Shown here: in pieces, positions 1 to 9,817 of the stretch | Position numbering within the stretch: position 1 is the first letter of the stretch | How the letters are laid out: each line of letters opens with the position of its first letter | Assembly: GCA_964642015.1 (NCBI GenBank) | Contig: CAZXLF010000001.1 | Span: 181,541 to 245,540 of the forward strand | Reading direction: 5' to 3' | Length of the DNA stretch: 64,000 nucleotides | From: an uncultured Planctomycetia bacterium | GTDB lineage: Bacteria > Omnitrophota > Gorgyraeia > 2-02-FULL-51-18 | Program-made: the position numbers and the translations under genes | Notes under the pieces: model-generated | The model's database searches: none | Told to the model about the DNA's origin: nothing | The model's input: only the letters and a program-made list of their open reading frames with translations

Positions 1-198
1 TATATTGAACATCGTGATATGCAAAAGGTGAATGATTTTGCTTTATCTATTCTTGTTGCCGTGCCGCTTTCATTGGCATTTTTTATTCCATTCATTGCTA
101 ATCGTTGGCTGAAATTAAATTTTGCTCTGACACTTACCTTGGGTATTTTTTGCATAGCCATCTCTTACGGCTTATCTTTTTGGTTCGCGAAAAAATAA
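1..198 (+). CDS. C-terminal fragment of a membrane protein (5' end outside window)
   Basis: Open frame from the window edge to a TAA at ~196-198. The translation is hydrophobic (..AVPLSLAFFIPFIANRWLKLNFALTLTLGIFCIAISYGLSFWFAKK*). Confidence 0.3.
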   Translation, partial: YIEHRDMQKVNDFALSILVAVPLSLAFFIPFIANRWLKLNFALTLTLGIFCIAISYGLSFWFAKK

Positions 199-204
199 AT
201 CTTT

Positions 205-456
205 ATGACCGATAATAATGAAATCATAGAAATGCATCCGACCGAGGATGACCGCGGTGAATTACGTTATACGCAAGGTCGACCAACTAGAAAAGGCGGC
301 CTATTATCTGGTTGGATCGTCAAAATATTGGGCATCGCTCTCGGGTTCGCGATATTCCTAGTGCTCATTTTTTTCTTTGTTTATATCGTCCTTCCCCTTA
401 TCTTGATCGTTACTCTTTATTTGCTCATCAAAAATATTTTTAAAATACGCCGATAA
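205..456 (+). CDS. small hypothetical membrane protein (83 aa)
   Basis: ORF with a single long hydrophobic segment (GIALGFAIFLVLIFFFVYIVLPLILIVTLYLLI). No recognised family. Confidence 0.35.
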   Translation: MTDNNEIIEMHPTEDDRGELRYTQGRPTRKGGLLSGWIVKILGIALGFAIFLVLIFFFVYIVLPLILIVTLYLLIKNIFKIRR

Positions 457-538
457 TTTGTTGCGACAGAAAAAATTTCGTGTTATAACTAATAATTAAT
501 AACATTTAATTAAACATCATAACAAAAGGTGAAAATCT

Positions 539-1561
539 ATGCCCATACAGCTTGAGTCTGCCAAGTCCAGAAAGACAGGAAGCTTACGACAAGATGAGGT
601 CATAAAAGAGTTCATCAAACATAATTTTCGCCATTTCAATGCGGCGGTGGTTGTCGATGCCGCGCAGGCGTATATCGACCATTTGGGAAAAGGCGGCAAG
701 ATGTTCATGACGCTCGCCGGAGCCATGAGCACGGCGGAACTTGGCATTTCACTGGCCGAGATGATCCGTCAGGACAAAGTGCACGGCATCTGCTCGACAG
801 GCGCAAATCTTGAAGAAGATATTTTTAATCTCGTGGCACATAGCCATTACCGCCGCGTACCGGGTTATCGGCATTTGAGCGCTCAGGAAGAGATCGAGCT
901 TTGCAAGCAGGGATTGAACCGCGTCACCGATACTTGCATCCCCGAAGAAGAGGCGATGCGGCGCATTGAGCGGCAGGTGCTGAAGTTCTGGCAGAAGGCC
1001 GATAAAGAGAATAAAAGATATTTTCCTTACGAATACATGTATCAGCTGATCCAAAGCGGCGTGATCAAGGAATTTTATGATATCGATCCGCAGGATTCTT
1101 GGGTCGTCGCGGCTTGTGAAAAAAATATCCCGATCTTCACGCCGGGCTGGGAAGACTCGACGTTGGGAAATATTTTCGTCGCCAATGTGATCCGCAAAGA
1201 TGTGTCCAGTTTCGGTGTGGTGAAATCCGGCGTCGAAGCAATGGCCGCACTGATCGATTGGTATAAAGCGAACACCAAGACACAGACGATAGGTTTTTTT
1301 CAGATCGGCGGAGGTATCGCCGGAGATTTTCCGATCTGTGTGGTCCCGCTGATCCAGCAGGATCTGAAAGAAAAATGCCGTTTGTGGGGTTATTTCTGCC
1401 AGATCTCGGACAGCACGACATCCTATGGTTCTTACAGCGGTGCGGTGCCGAACGAAAAGATCACATGGGGCAAACTGGATCCTGAAACGCCGCGCTTTGT
1501 GATCGAGTCGGACGCGTCGATCGTCGCGCCGCTCATTTTTTCATACGTTCTTGCAAAGTAA
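539..1561 (+). CDS. deoxyhypusine synthase family protein (homospermidine-synthase-like)
   Basis: 340 aa. The N-terminal layout and an NAD-binding GxGG-type segment (FFQIGGGIAGDF) fit the DHS fold. It is preceded by an AAAGGTG RBS. Confidence 0.75.
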   Translation: MPIQLESAKSRKTGSLRQDEVIKEFIKHNFRHFNAAVVVDAAQAYIDHLGKGGKMFMTLAGAMSTAELGISLAEMIRQDKVHGICSTGANLEEDIFNLVAHSHYRRVPGYRHLSAQEEIELCKQGLNRVTDTCIPEEEAMRRIERQVLKFWQKADKENKRYFPYEYMYQLIQSGVIKEFYDIDPQDSWVVAACEKNIPIFTPGWEDSTLGNIFVANVIRKDVSSFGVVKSGVEAMAALIDWYKANTKTQTIGFFQIGGGIAGDFPICVVPLIQQDLKEKCRLWGYFCQISDSTTSYGSYSGAVPNEKITWGKLDPETPRFVIESDASIVAPLIFSYVLAK

Positions 1562-2333
1562 TACCACTATCTATCCTCGAAACAGAGTCCGCGAAGATAA
1601 TTTTTTTATCGACACCGATTTCCGCATCATCCATGAAGATGATGATATTCTCGTTGTTCGCAAACCCGCTCCGCTTGCGGTTCATCCTGTGGGAAGTTAT
1701 TCGGAGCTCAATCTCCATACGCTTTTAAAAAAAGATCCGCGCTGGGCTGATACGAAGATCCATTTCACGCACCGGCTGGACGCCGAAACGAGCGGGGTCA
1801 TTTTGATCGCAAAAACTTATGAAGCCGCAAGGTTCATCGGCAAGGAATTTTTAGCGGGCCGCATCAAGAAAAAATACCATGCGATCGCGTTCGGCGTAAT
1901 GGAACCGGAGGGCGTTATCGGGCTTCCTTTGGGTTATGACAAAAGTTCGGGGTTCCAAACGGTCAGGATCGTTGATCATGAGAACGGGGAAGCGGCAAGC
2001 ACGAGTTTCAAAACGCTTCATTCGAAAGGTGGTTATTCATTTGTGGAGCTAGAGCCTCACACGGGACGCACACACCAGATCCGCGCGCATCTTTCGTTTA
2101 TCGGACATCCGATAGTAGGTGACAAGATCTATATCGATCTGAATATCTTTTCGCAGTATGTGGTCCACGGATTAAATGACGAAATGCTTGAGCGGCTGAA
2201 GATGAAGCGCCTGGCATTGCACGCCTCGTCGCTGGGATTCATGCACCCTCGAACAAAGGAATGGATGATGCTGAATTCTAGTCTACCGGCCGACATGAAG
2301 GATTTTTTGGAAAAAATTGAGGCAGCAGATTGA
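1551..2333 (+). CDS. RluA family pseudouridine synthase
   Basis: Catalytic HRLDxxTSG motif (HRLDAETSGVILIAK), an RTHQIR motif, and the typical ~250 aa size. Confidence 0.8.
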   Translation: MQSNTTIYPRNRVREDNFFIDTDFRIIHEDDDILVVRKPAPLAVHPVGSYSELNLHTLLKKDPRWADTKIHFTHRLDAETSGVILIAKTYEAARFIGKEFLAGRIKKKYHAIAFGVMEPEGVIGLPLGYDKSSGFQTVRIVDHENGEAASTSFKTLHSKGGYSFVELEPHTGRTHQIRAHLSFIGHPIVGDKIYIDLNIFSQYVVHGLNDEMLERLKMKRLALHASSLGFMHPRTKEWMMLNSSLPADMKDFLEKIEAAD

Positions 2334-3352
2334 GGAAGACCGAAAAACAAATATCCGACCTTAAGAAGAATCTGATAGAGCTTGTGCAGAGTGAGTATCC
2401 CAGATTTTCGGAAAATGATATTTATCAGGATATGCTTTTCAATATCGCTCAGCTTAAAGATGAAAAATTGGATATTTTGGAACTGCGTCTTTTGAACACG
2501 GCTTTCAAAGAATTGCGTTACGCGATGAAAATATTCAAACCCTACCGCTCGGTTCCAAAAGCGGCTGTTTTCGGTTCGGCGCGTACTCCGCGCAACCATC
2601 CCGATTTCAAATTCGCCGAAAAATTCGGCAAGAAACTAGCCAAAAAAGGATGGATGCTGATCACTGGCGGCGCCAGCGGTATTATGGAAGCTGCGATGAT
2701 CGGTGCGGGCGTCGAAAATAGCTTCGGCCTGAACATCATGCTTCCATTCGAGCAGGACGCAAATCCGGTGATCAAGGGAAATCAGAAACTGATCTTCTTC
2801 AAATATTTTTTTACAAGAAAATTGATGTTCCTTAAAGAATCGGAGGCGACGGTGCTTTTTCCGGGAGGCTTCGGAACTTTCGATGAAGGTTTTGAATCTT
2901 TCACATTGGTGCAGACTGGAAAAGCCAAACCGCGGCCTTTAGTGCTGATGGATACACCGGGCAGCGCTTTTTGGCGATCGACGCTCAAGCTTTTTAAATC
3001 CAACATGGAGAACGCAGGCCTTATCTCGAAGGGTGATTTGCAGCTTATGAAGCATTTGCAGGATGCCGATCAGGCTGTGGATGAGATCTTGAGATTTTAC
3101 GGCAACTATCACTCCTCAAGATTTTTCAAAGACCGGTATCTTATCCGCCTAAGAAAAAAACTCTCTGAAGAATCATTGAACAAAATGAACCGTGATTTTA
3201 AAAAGATGGTCGCTTTTGGAGATTTCGAGCGTTTGACCGATTTGACGGATGAAGACAATAAGGATCCGGACCTTGAGAGATTATTATTCAGCTTCGACCG
3301 CACCAGTTATAACCCCCTCCGCGCGCTGATCGACTACCTAAATACGCTTTAA
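2330..3352 (+). CDS. LOG family / TIGR00730 Rossmann-fold nucleotide-binding protein (cytokinin riboside 5'-monophosphate phosphoribohydrolase-like) with N- and C-terminal extensions
   Basis: VFGSARTP...GGASGIMEA...PGGFGTFDE motifs are characteristic of the LOG / lysine-decarboxylase-like family. Confidence 0.7.
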   Translation: MRKTEKQISDLKKNLIELVQSEYPRFSENDIYQDMLFNIAQLKDEKLDILELRLLNTAFKELRYAMKIFKPYRSVPKAAVFGSARTPRNHPDFKFAEKFGKKLAKKGWMLITGGASGIMEAAMIGAGVENSFGLNIMLPFEQDANPVIKGNQKLIFFKYFFTRKLMFLKESEATVLFPGGFGTFDEGFESFTLVQTGKAKPRPLVLMDTPGSAFWRSTLKLFKSNMENAGLISKGDLQLMKHLQDADQAVDEILRFYGNYHSSRFFKDRYLIRLRKKLSEESLNKMNRDFKKMVAFGDFERLTDLTDEDNKDPDLERLLFSFDRTSYNPLRALIDYLNTL

Positions 3353-3445
3353 GCACCTGGACTTGACGGCAGAGCGGTCGTCTAGTATGCTATGGGCTTG
3401 AGTTTTATAATTCACATCGAACCACAAGCTTATCAAAGGTGCTTA

Positions 3446-4573
3446 ATGAAAACCCAAAAATCAGTCAAATACCAGCTTTTTGTTGCCTTGTTTCTCAGTT
3501 CTTTAACTTATTGCGCGTTTGCCCATGCCGATGCCGGAGTCACGGCTAGCGATGAGCAGCAGCAGCCCGTCCAATCCGCCCAGGCGTCGCAAACGGCTGA
3601 TACGGATACCCAAGACCATAAGGCGTTAGGCCAGTTTCCGCAGGCCGAAGTAACGCCCATCACAAATGCCGCGGTAGCCAATGCCGGAGCCAATCAAGCC
3701 GTAGTGACCGGCACCGAAAAAGCGCAGAACGCTTCGCTGGATTATCCGAAAGTAAAGACCGCCGAGGATGAGGAATTAGCGAAGAAATTCGCCTGGTGGC
3801 CTACCGATGCGAAACCGGGTCCGGTGAAGGATACCGAAAGAAGCGGATATTGGTGGTGGCCTCAGACTCCCGGGAAAGCGCGCCCGTGGGGCAATCAGGG
3901 CTACATCTATGTGCGCAAGATTATTTTCGATTACAAGACGACCGAAGGCGAGATGAAGCCTTCGCTGATCGTGAAACGCGTGTTGAAGAATGTGAAAATC
4001 TATTTTGATTATGACAAATCGGTGCTTAGAGATGACGGCATTGACGCACTCTCCAAGGCGCTTTACACGCTTGAACACAATCCTAAGGCGGATATTCTAA
4101 TCACCGGTAATTGCGATGTGCGCGGTTCTGAGAAATACAATGAGAAATTAGGCGAGCGCCGAGCGTTGGCCGTACGTGATTATGTGCTTCAACATGGTCT
4201 TTCGGCGGATCGCGTGAAGATATTAAGCCGCGGCAAGCTGGATGCGATGGCGCCAACGAATGACATTGTGGGCATGCAAAAGGACCGCAATGCTCAGTTC
4301 ATGGTCGCCGAAGTCGAAGAGGTCATGATCCCGGCTGCGCAGGCGAATCTTTATCAGGATAAAGTGATCGAAGAAAAGAAGATCATTGAAGGCGATATAA
4401 AGGTTGCAACCAAAGAATACACGATTCAAGCCGGAGATACGCTCTGGGCGATCGCGCAGCGCGAGTACGGCAACGGTAAACAGTGGAAGAGGATCTACGA
4501 ATTCAATAAGGATGTGATCAAGAATCCTGATCGCCCGAGAAAAGGCACGACGATCAAGATACCGATCGAATAA
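3446..4573 (+). CDS. OmpA family protein with C-terminal LysM domain
   Basis: Signal peptide ([28 protein letters not shown]). OmpA_C motif ([26 protein letters not shown]). LysM ([30 protein letters not shown]). The start is taken at the internal ATG 3446, which has an AAAGGTG RBS. Confidence 0.8.
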   Translation: MKTQKSVKYQLFVALFLSSLTYCAFAHADAGVTASDEQQQPVQSAQASQTADTDTQDHKALGQFPQAEVTPITNAAVANAGANQAVVTGTEKAQNASLDYPKVKTAEDEELAKKFAWWPTDAKPGPVKDTERSGYWWWPQTPGKARPWGNQGYIYVRKIIFDYKTTEGEMKPSLIVKRVLKNVKIYFDYDKSVLRDDGIDALSKALYTLEHNPKADILITGNCDVRGSEKYNEKLGERRALAVRDYVLQHGLSADRVKILSRGKLDAMAPTNDIVGMQKDRNAQFMVAEVEEVMIPAAQANLYQDKVIEEKKIIEGDIKVATKEYTIQAGDTLWAIAQREYGNGKQWKRIYEFNKDVIKNPDRPRKGTTIKIPIE

Positions 4574-4598
4574 ATTTTTCAGCAAGGAGGATGATTTT

Positions 4599-5300
4599 AT
4601 GGAACAGCAGCGGACCGTTATCGGCTCAAGAGGCCAGGTTTCAGAGTCGAATTTTATTTCCAATGTCTATTGGTGGATGTCGATAGGCCTCGGAGTATCG
4701 GCGTTGGCGTCTTATTGGCTCATGATGCAGCCGGAACTTTTAAGGGCTCTTTTCTCAAACTCATTGCTCCTCATCGGCTTGGTCATTGCGGAAGTCGCTC
4801 TAGTTATTTGGCTGTCCGCTGCGGCGATGCGCATGAGCGTATCGCTTGCGACCACGATCTTTCTGATCTACTCGTTCCTTAACGGCATCACGCTCACTTC
4901 TATTTTTCTTGTTTATACGGGTGTTTCGGTAATATCGACGTTTGCGGTCACAGCCGGCACTTTCTTTTTCTTCAGTGTTTACGGTATGACGACAAAGAAG
5001 GATCTTACTTCTATCGGCGGTCTCATGATGATGGGGCTTATCGGCATGATCATTGCTGGGATCGTCAATATTTTCCTGAAGAGCACCGTGCTTTATTGGA
5101 TCAGCACATTTGTGGGGATCGCCGTATTTTTGGGGCTGATCGCCTGGGATACCCAAAAATTAAAGAGTATTCATGCGATGGGTTTTGAAAGCGTCGAGAT
5201 GCAGAAAAGAGTGGCCATTTTAGGCGCATTAACGCTGTATCTTGATTTTATCAATCTCTTTATTTTGCTTCTTCGTATCTTCGGAAGGAGAAGGGATTAA
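4599..5300 (+). CDS. Bax inhibitor-1/YccA family membrane protein
   Basis: 7-TM hydrophobic profile, ~230 aa, a conserved C-terminal YLDFINLFI segment, and a GGAGG RBS. Confidence 0.7.
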   Translation: MEQQRTVIGSRGQVSESNFISNVYWWMSIGLGVSALASYWLMMQPELLRALFSNSLLLIGLVIAEVALVIWLSAAAMRMSVSLATTIFLIYSFLNGITLTSIFLVYTGVSVISTFAVTAGTFFFFSVYGMTTKKDLTSIGGLMMMGLIGMIIAGIVNIFLKSTVLYWISTFVGIAVFLGLIAWDTQKLKSIHAMGFESVEMQKRVAILGALTLYLDFINLFILLLRIFGRRRD

Positions 5301-5331
5301 TTCAGTCGCAAGATAACAAAATGGTTCTATA

Positions 5332-5360
5332 AAAGGGAGTCTAGCCAGACTCCCTTTTTG
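5332..5360 (+). terminator. rho-independent terminator (GGGAGTC-tagcca-GACTCCC + T-run)
   Basis: Perfect 7-bp stem followed by TTTTT, directly after the BI-1 gene. Confidence 0.6.
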
Positions 5361-5393
5361 TTGGACAAACAATCGAACTAGAAAAGGATTTGT

Positions 5394-6008
5394 ATGTCGA
5401 TTTTGGTTTTGGTGCGTCATGGGGAATCGCAGTGGAATCTTGAGAACCGTTTCACGGGCTGGGTGGATGTTCCGTTATCGGAGAAAGGGGTGCAGGAAGC
5501 CAAAGCGGCCGGTGAGAAAATAAAAAAAGAAAAGCTTCATTTTGACAAAGCTTACACTTCCAATCTTCAGCGTGCGCAGAATACGCTGAAACTTATTTTG
5601 GAAGTACTAGGGCAAACAAATATACCCGTCGAGAAAGATCAAGCGCTTAATGAACGTCATTATGGGGATCTTCAAGGCCTGAACAAGGCCGAAACTGCCT
5701 TAAAATTCGGGGATGAGCAGGTCAAGATATGGAGACGGTCCTATGACATTGCTCCGCCGAAAGGTGAAAGTCTCAAAGATACAGCGGCAAGGACATTGCC
5801 ATATTTTGAATCTAAGATCATGAAAGATCTAAAGTCCGGTAAGAACATTATTGTTGCCGCGCACGGAAATAGTCTGCGTTCGATCGTTATGAATTTAGAC
5901 AAACTTACCAAAGAACAGGTGCTCGAGCTTAATTTAGGTACTGGTGTTCCCATCGTTTATCAATTTGATAATAATCTTAAGATCACTTCAAAAAAATTGC
6001 TCCAATAA
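5394..6008 (+). CDS. gpmA: 2,3-bisphosphoglycerate-dependent phosphoglycerate mutase (histidine phosphatase superfamily)
   Basis: N-terminal [27 protein letters not shown] is the dPGM signature. A distal His is present (AAHGNSLR). Confidence 0.75.
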   Translation: MSILVLVRHGESQWNLENRFTGWVDVPLSEKGVQEAKAAGEKIKKEKLHFDKAYTSNLQRAQNTLKLILEVLGQTNIPVEKDQALNERHYGDLQGLNKAETALKFGDEQVKIWRRSYDIAPPKGESLKDTAARTLPYFESKIMKDLKSGKNIIVAAHGNSLRSIVMNLDKLTKEQVLELNLGTGVPIVYQFDNNLKITSKKLLQ

Positions 6009-6074
6009 TTTCTATTCTGTTAATAGTATATAAATTTGAATTGATACTAGAAACTTGACATAATAGCTTCTTTT

Positions 6075-6092
6075 TTGTTAATTTATTAACAA
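6075..6092. promoter_or_regulatory. perfect 18-bp palindrome TTGTTAAT-TT-ATTAACAA in an AT-rich promoter region (candidate operator)
   Basis: Read directly from the sequence. It lies ~40 bp upstream of the 6131 GTG start, next to a TTGACA -35-like hexamer at 6054. Confidence 0.3.
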
Positions 6093-6130
6093 ATAGTTAT
6101 ATATTGTTAAAATGAGAAAGGGGGTCAGCC

Positions 6131-6808
6131 GTGGACTGGCAAACAACCATAGTGGAGCCTGTTGAATCGATGTGGAGCCGTGTGCTCGGCTTTTTGCCAA
6201 CTTTGGTCAGTGTCATTGTTATTCTGATCGTAGGTTGGATGATCTCAACTTTAATTCAGAAAATAATCACCCGGTTCCTGAAATTGGCGCGTTTTGATAC
6301 GATCAGCGAAAAAACGGGCATCGCCAATATTTTAGCGAAGGGTGACATCAATTATACATTGTCGGAGATCGTCGGCGTCATTATTTATTGGCTAATGATG
6401 CTGGTAGTCGTTCTGATGGCGGTGAATACGCTTCAGCTTACGGTTGCGGCGGAACTTTTGAATCGCGTGATCCTTTATATCCCGAACGTGATCGCCAGTG
6501 TGTTCATTCTGGTTTTGGGAATATTCTTTGCAAGCGTTGTCGCGAATACCGTGCGGACCACTGCGGCGACTGCTGGAATGCAGCAGGCCCGGTCATTGGG
6601 TCAGACGACGCAGATCGTGATAGCGATATTCGTTTTTCTTCAAGCTTTGAAACAGTTGAAGATCGATACCTCGCTGATTGACCTTTTTGTCAAGGCGGTT
6701 TTGGCGGCCTTAGCACTTGGTGTCGGTCTTGCGATCGGACTCGGCTGCAAAGATCTTGCGGGCAAATACGTCAATCAGCTGGTGGATAGTTTCAAATCTA
6801 AAAGATAA
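6131..6808 (+). CDS. membrane protein with duplicated MscS-associated conserved TM-helix repeats
   Basis: Two internally similar hydrophobic repeats (..VIVILIVGWMISTLIQKII.. / ..VFILVLGIFFASVVANTV..) resemble the TM_helix repeat found N-terminal to MscS-like channels. AAGGGGG RBS. Confidence 0.45.
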   Translation: MDWQTTIVEPVESMWSRVLGFLPTLVSVIVILIVGWMISTLIQKIITRFLKLARFDTISEKTGIANILAKGDINYTLSEIVGVIIYWLMMLVVVLMAVNTLQLTVAAELLNRVILYIPNVIASVFILVLGIFFASVVANTVRTTAATAGMQQARSLGQTTQIVIAIFVFLQALKQLKIDTSLIDLFVKAVLAALALGVGLAIGLGCKDLAGKYVNQLVDSFKSKR

Positions 6809-6833
6809 TTATTTACAACGAAACATTGTTATA

Positions 6834-6866
6834 AAAGAGGCAGGGAAATCCCTGCCTCTTTTTAAT
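6834..6866 (+). terminator. rho-independent terminator (AGAGGCAGGG-aaat-CCCTGCCTCT + T-run)
   Basis: 10-bp perfect stem followed by TTTTT after the 6131-6808 gene. Confidence 0.65.
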
Positions 6867-6909
6867 TTTTCTTTGTGGTTGTCAACGGCTTTGTGTTATA
6901 TTCAAAACT

Positions 6910-7461
6910 ATGCGAAAAAGATTTTCGGTTCTATTTTTCTTTTTCTTGATGACCGGTTGCAGTTCTTACGGTCCCGAAGAGCTTGACCGGCTGGTCAAAG
7001 AAGACCCTGCTTTCAAACAGATGATCGTTACCCGCGACCAAATGCATGCCCAAATCCGCGGAATAAAAGATAATCTTCTAGAAAAAAAGAAGATCGTGGA
7101 TTCTCAGATCGATAAACTTCGCTTGCAATACGACGCGATGGCAAAATTCGAGAATCAGAAAATAGAGAAATGCCAGGCTGCCATCGATGCGGACAGGTCT
7201 TTGTTGAAACATCAGATAGAAATAGCCGAGTCTCGCTTACAATCCAAGAGAACCGAGTTCGAAGGATATCGCAAAACGCTTACGGATGTGCAAAATGTGC
7301 TGAAAGAAAGCAAGGGGATCACTTTTTCGGCCCAGGAGAAACAGAAATGGCAGGAGAAAGTGTTGCTTTTGTCCGAAAAGATAAGGCCGCTTCAGGAAGA
7401 AATCGAAGACCTCGCTTTACAAATCCGTTTAATGAAAAGAAAAGTAACTTACCTTCGCTAA
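6910..7461 (+). CDS. coiled-coil lipoprotein, hypothetical
   Basis: Lipobox (LMTGCSS) after a hydrophobic signal peptide. The rest is strongly heptad-like and charged. Confidence 0.5.
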   Translation: MRKRFSVLFFFFLMTGCSSYGPEELDRLVKEDPAFKQMIVTRDQMHAQIRGIKDNLLEKKKIVDSQIDKLRLQYDAMAKFENQKIEKCQAAIDADRSLLKHQIEIAESRLQSKRTEFEGYRKTLTDVQNVLKESKGITFSAQEKQKWQEKVLLLSEKIRPLQEEIEDLALQIRLMKRKVTYLR

Positions 7462-7467
7462 TTAGGG

Positions 7468-9051
7468 TTGATCGTGTCAGCCAAAGATTCGCTATTTTCC
7501 GATTTTAAACGTTCTTTAAAACCAGACCGGTTATTTCCCGTTGTCAGACGCATCGATCGTTTTTATGATCCGCTTGGGTTGTACCGAGTCTTGCGTGCCG
7601 ATCGAACGCCTAGTGTTTTACTTGAAAGCGCTAGGTTTTCCCCCCGAACTGGGCGCTATTCTATCATCGGAAGGGATCCTTTTCTTGCTCTGGAAGCCCG
7701 CAGGTCAGAAATTATTTTAAGTTCTTACGGTCAGAAGGAAACGTTTTACGGCGATCCATTTAAGATCATCGGACGAATTTTGGGTCTTTTTCAGTCGAAT
7801 CCGTCAAGATCGGAGCTTCCTTATACCGGCGGGGCCGTCGGGTATTTTGGTTATGAAGCGAAGGACTATCTTGGGTTTCGATCAACCCAAAATAAGGAAC
7901 GCGAATCGCGGTGGCCTGATATCTATCTGGCGTTTTTCAATGAGGGTGTTGTGCTTGATCATTATTTGAAGGCTACTTTTTTGTTTACAAATATCAAACC
8001 GGGTAAAAATCCAAAAAAAAATTATGATCGCGCTATCAGCAGTCTCCATCGCCTAGAGAAAGATCTAGAGACGAATTCGAGATCAACGAGCATATCGAAG
8101 CATCCTTCAGGCGCTCCGCAGAAATCCGCATCTCGTTTGAATTTTTCTTCTGAGCGGCGCATCGGTCCCGAGGATCATTTTCAGCTTGAAGCTTCTATGA
8201 GCCGCGAGGAATTCATCCGGAAAGTAAAAAGGATCAAGCATCATATCCGTCGAGGGGACATTTATCAGGCCAATCTTTCACAGAGATTTAGTTTTTCAAT
8301 CCAAGACGATCCTTTGGATCTTTATGAGAAATTGAGGGCGGTGAATCCTTCACCTTTTTTCGGGTTCTTGGATGCCGTCGATTTCCAAATTGTTTCCGGC
8401 TCTCCGGAAAGACTGGTAAAGCTGGGGAACGGGACGCTTGAAACCAGGCCGATCGCCGGCACGCGTGCGCGCGGCGTCAATGAAAAGGAAGATAAGGCAC
8501 TTTCGATGGAATTGCTTTTGAATCACAAAGAAAGGGCCGAACACATCATGCTAGTGGACCTCGAGCGCAACGATCTTGGCAGAGTGTCTGACTACGGCAG
8601 TGTTTGTGTGGATGAATTGATGACAGTAGAGAACTATTCGCATGTGAAGCACATCGTGTCCAATGTCCGCGGCACCCTGAGAAAGGATCTGGATGCTGTG
8701 GATGCCCTGAAAGCTTTTTTCCCAGGAGGCACGATAACCGGAGTTCCGAAAATAAGATGCATGCAGATCCTGGATGAGCTTGAACCAGTCGAGCGCGGGC
8801 CTTATACCGGTTCTTTGGGATATTTCAGTTTTTCGGGTAATATGGATTTTAACATTATCATCCGCAGCTTGACCGTAAAGGCAGGCATCGCCTATCTACA
8901 GGTTGGCGCAGGCATTGTTGCGGATTCTGTTGCTTCAAAAGAATATGAAGAGACCCTTTATAAAGCAGAAGCTCTTCTCACAGCGGTCTTCGGCAAAAAA
9001 AATACACGCGTTTTCCTCAAAAAGCGCGGAGCTACCCACAGAGTTCCTTGA
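7468..9051 (+). CDS. pabB: aminodeoxychorismate synthase component I / anthranilate synthase component I family (chorismate-binding enzyme)
   Basis: C-terminal chorismate-binding signature (PGGTITGVPKIRCMQILDELEPVERGPYTGSLGYF). A class IV aminotransferase follows, which favours pabB over trpE. Confidence 0.7.
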   Translation: MIVSAKDSLFSDFKRSLKPDRLFPVVRRIDRFYDPLGLYRVLRADRTPSVLLESARFSPRTGRYSIIGRDPFLALEARRSEIILSSYGQKETFYGDPFKIIGRILGLFQSNPSRSELPYTGGAVGYFGYEAKDYLGFRSTQNKERESRWPDIYLAFFNEGVVLDHYLKATFLFTNIKPGKNPKKNYDRAISSLHRLEKDLETNSRSTSISKHPSGAPQKSASRLNFSSERRIGPEDHFQLEASMSREEFIRKVKRIKHHIRRGDIYQANLSQRFSFSIQDDPLDLYEKLRAVNPSPFFGFLDAVDFQIVSGSPERLVKLGNGTLETRPIAGTRARGVNEKEDKALSMELLLNHKERAEHIMLVDLERNDLGRVSDYGSVCVDELMTVENYSHVKHIVSNVRGTLRKDLDAVDALKAFFPGGTITGVPKIRCMQILDELEPVERGPYTGSLGYFSFSGNMDFNIIIRSLTVKAGIAYLQVGAGIVADSVASKEYEETLYKAEALLTAVFGKKNTRVFLKKRGATHRVP

Positions 9052-9817
9052 TCAAGTCTCGGTATTCGAGACGTTAAGGGCTTACGGTGGCGGAATTTTT
9101 TGGGCCAAGGAGCATTTGACGCGCTTCGAAAATTCTTGCAAAGGCATCGGAAGATCGCCTGTGTTCAAGAGGGACGAGCTGAAACGCTGGATTGGGACGT
9201 CGCTTAAGGAAAGCGCTTATTCTGACGCGATCGTGCGGGTTTCGGTTCATTGGAAAGACAATCTTGAAGGAAGGTTGTTGCTGACCATAAAAGAATTTTC
9301 GGGCCATCCACGGAAGTGGTACCGGGATGGAGTGCGATTGACGACGACAGCCGTAAAACGCTGGAGTCTCAGGGCGCAGGACCCCCAGAGCAAATCTTCC
9401 ATGTATATGAATGGTGTTCTGGCCGAGCTTGGCAAAGGCGATGATCCGCCCCATGAATTCATTTTCCTCAATGAAGCTGGTTATGTCGCCGAAGGTTCTG
9501 TCTCAAACCTTTTCATCGTGAAGGCAAAAAGAATTTTGACACCTGCGGTCAGTTCAGGTATTTTAAGGGGCGTTACCCGAGGCGCTGTGATCGCTTTGGC
9601 GCAAAAATCCCGCATTCCCGTGACCGAAACGTTCTTGACGCGGCATGATATTTACGGCGCGGATGAATGTTTTATCGCGAATACCTCCTCCGAAGTGCTT
9701 CCGGCAGTTCAAGTGGACGGCCGGCGGATCGGAGAAGGCAAGCCCGGAGAGATCACGAAAATTTTAGCGCAAGGTTTTAAGAAACTTGTTCAGGAAGAGA
9801 TAAAGAAAAGTAGATGA
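8903..9817 (+). CDS. pabC: aminotransferase class IV / aminodeoxychorismate lyase
   Basis: Fold-type IV PLP enzyme motifs (VFETLRAYGGGIF...EHLTRF; ...EGSVSNLFIV). The ORF overlaps pabB, so the true start is probably downstream of 8903. Confidence 0.6.
   Translation: MAQALLRILLLQKNMKRPFIKQKLFSQRSSAKKIHAFSSKSAELPTEFLDQVSVFETLRAYGGGIFWAKEHLTRFENSCKGIGRSPVFKRDELKRWIGTSLKESAYSDAIVRVSVHWKDNLEGRLLLTIKEFSGHPRKWYRDGVRLTTTAVKRWSLRAQDPQSKSSMYMNGVLAELGKGDDPPHEFIFLNEAGYVAEGSVSNLFIVKAKRILTPAVSSGILRGVTRGAVIALAQKSRIPVTETFLTRHDIYGADECFIANTSSEVLPAVQVDGRRIGEGKPGEITKILAQGFKKLVQEEIKKSR

Noticed and set aside
5394-6008. Alternative call of the 204-aa histidine-phosphatase protein as a SixA/cobC-type phosphatase rather than gpmA
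   Set aside because: The N-terminal [18 protein letters not shown] block matches dPGM specifically. The short length leaves some doubt, which is reflected in the confidence.
7170-7508. 112-aa + strand ORF in an alternative frame within the coiled-coil lipoprotein gene
   Set aside because: It overlaps the lipoprotein frame, which has a clear signal peptide and lipobox. Arg-rich low-complexity product.
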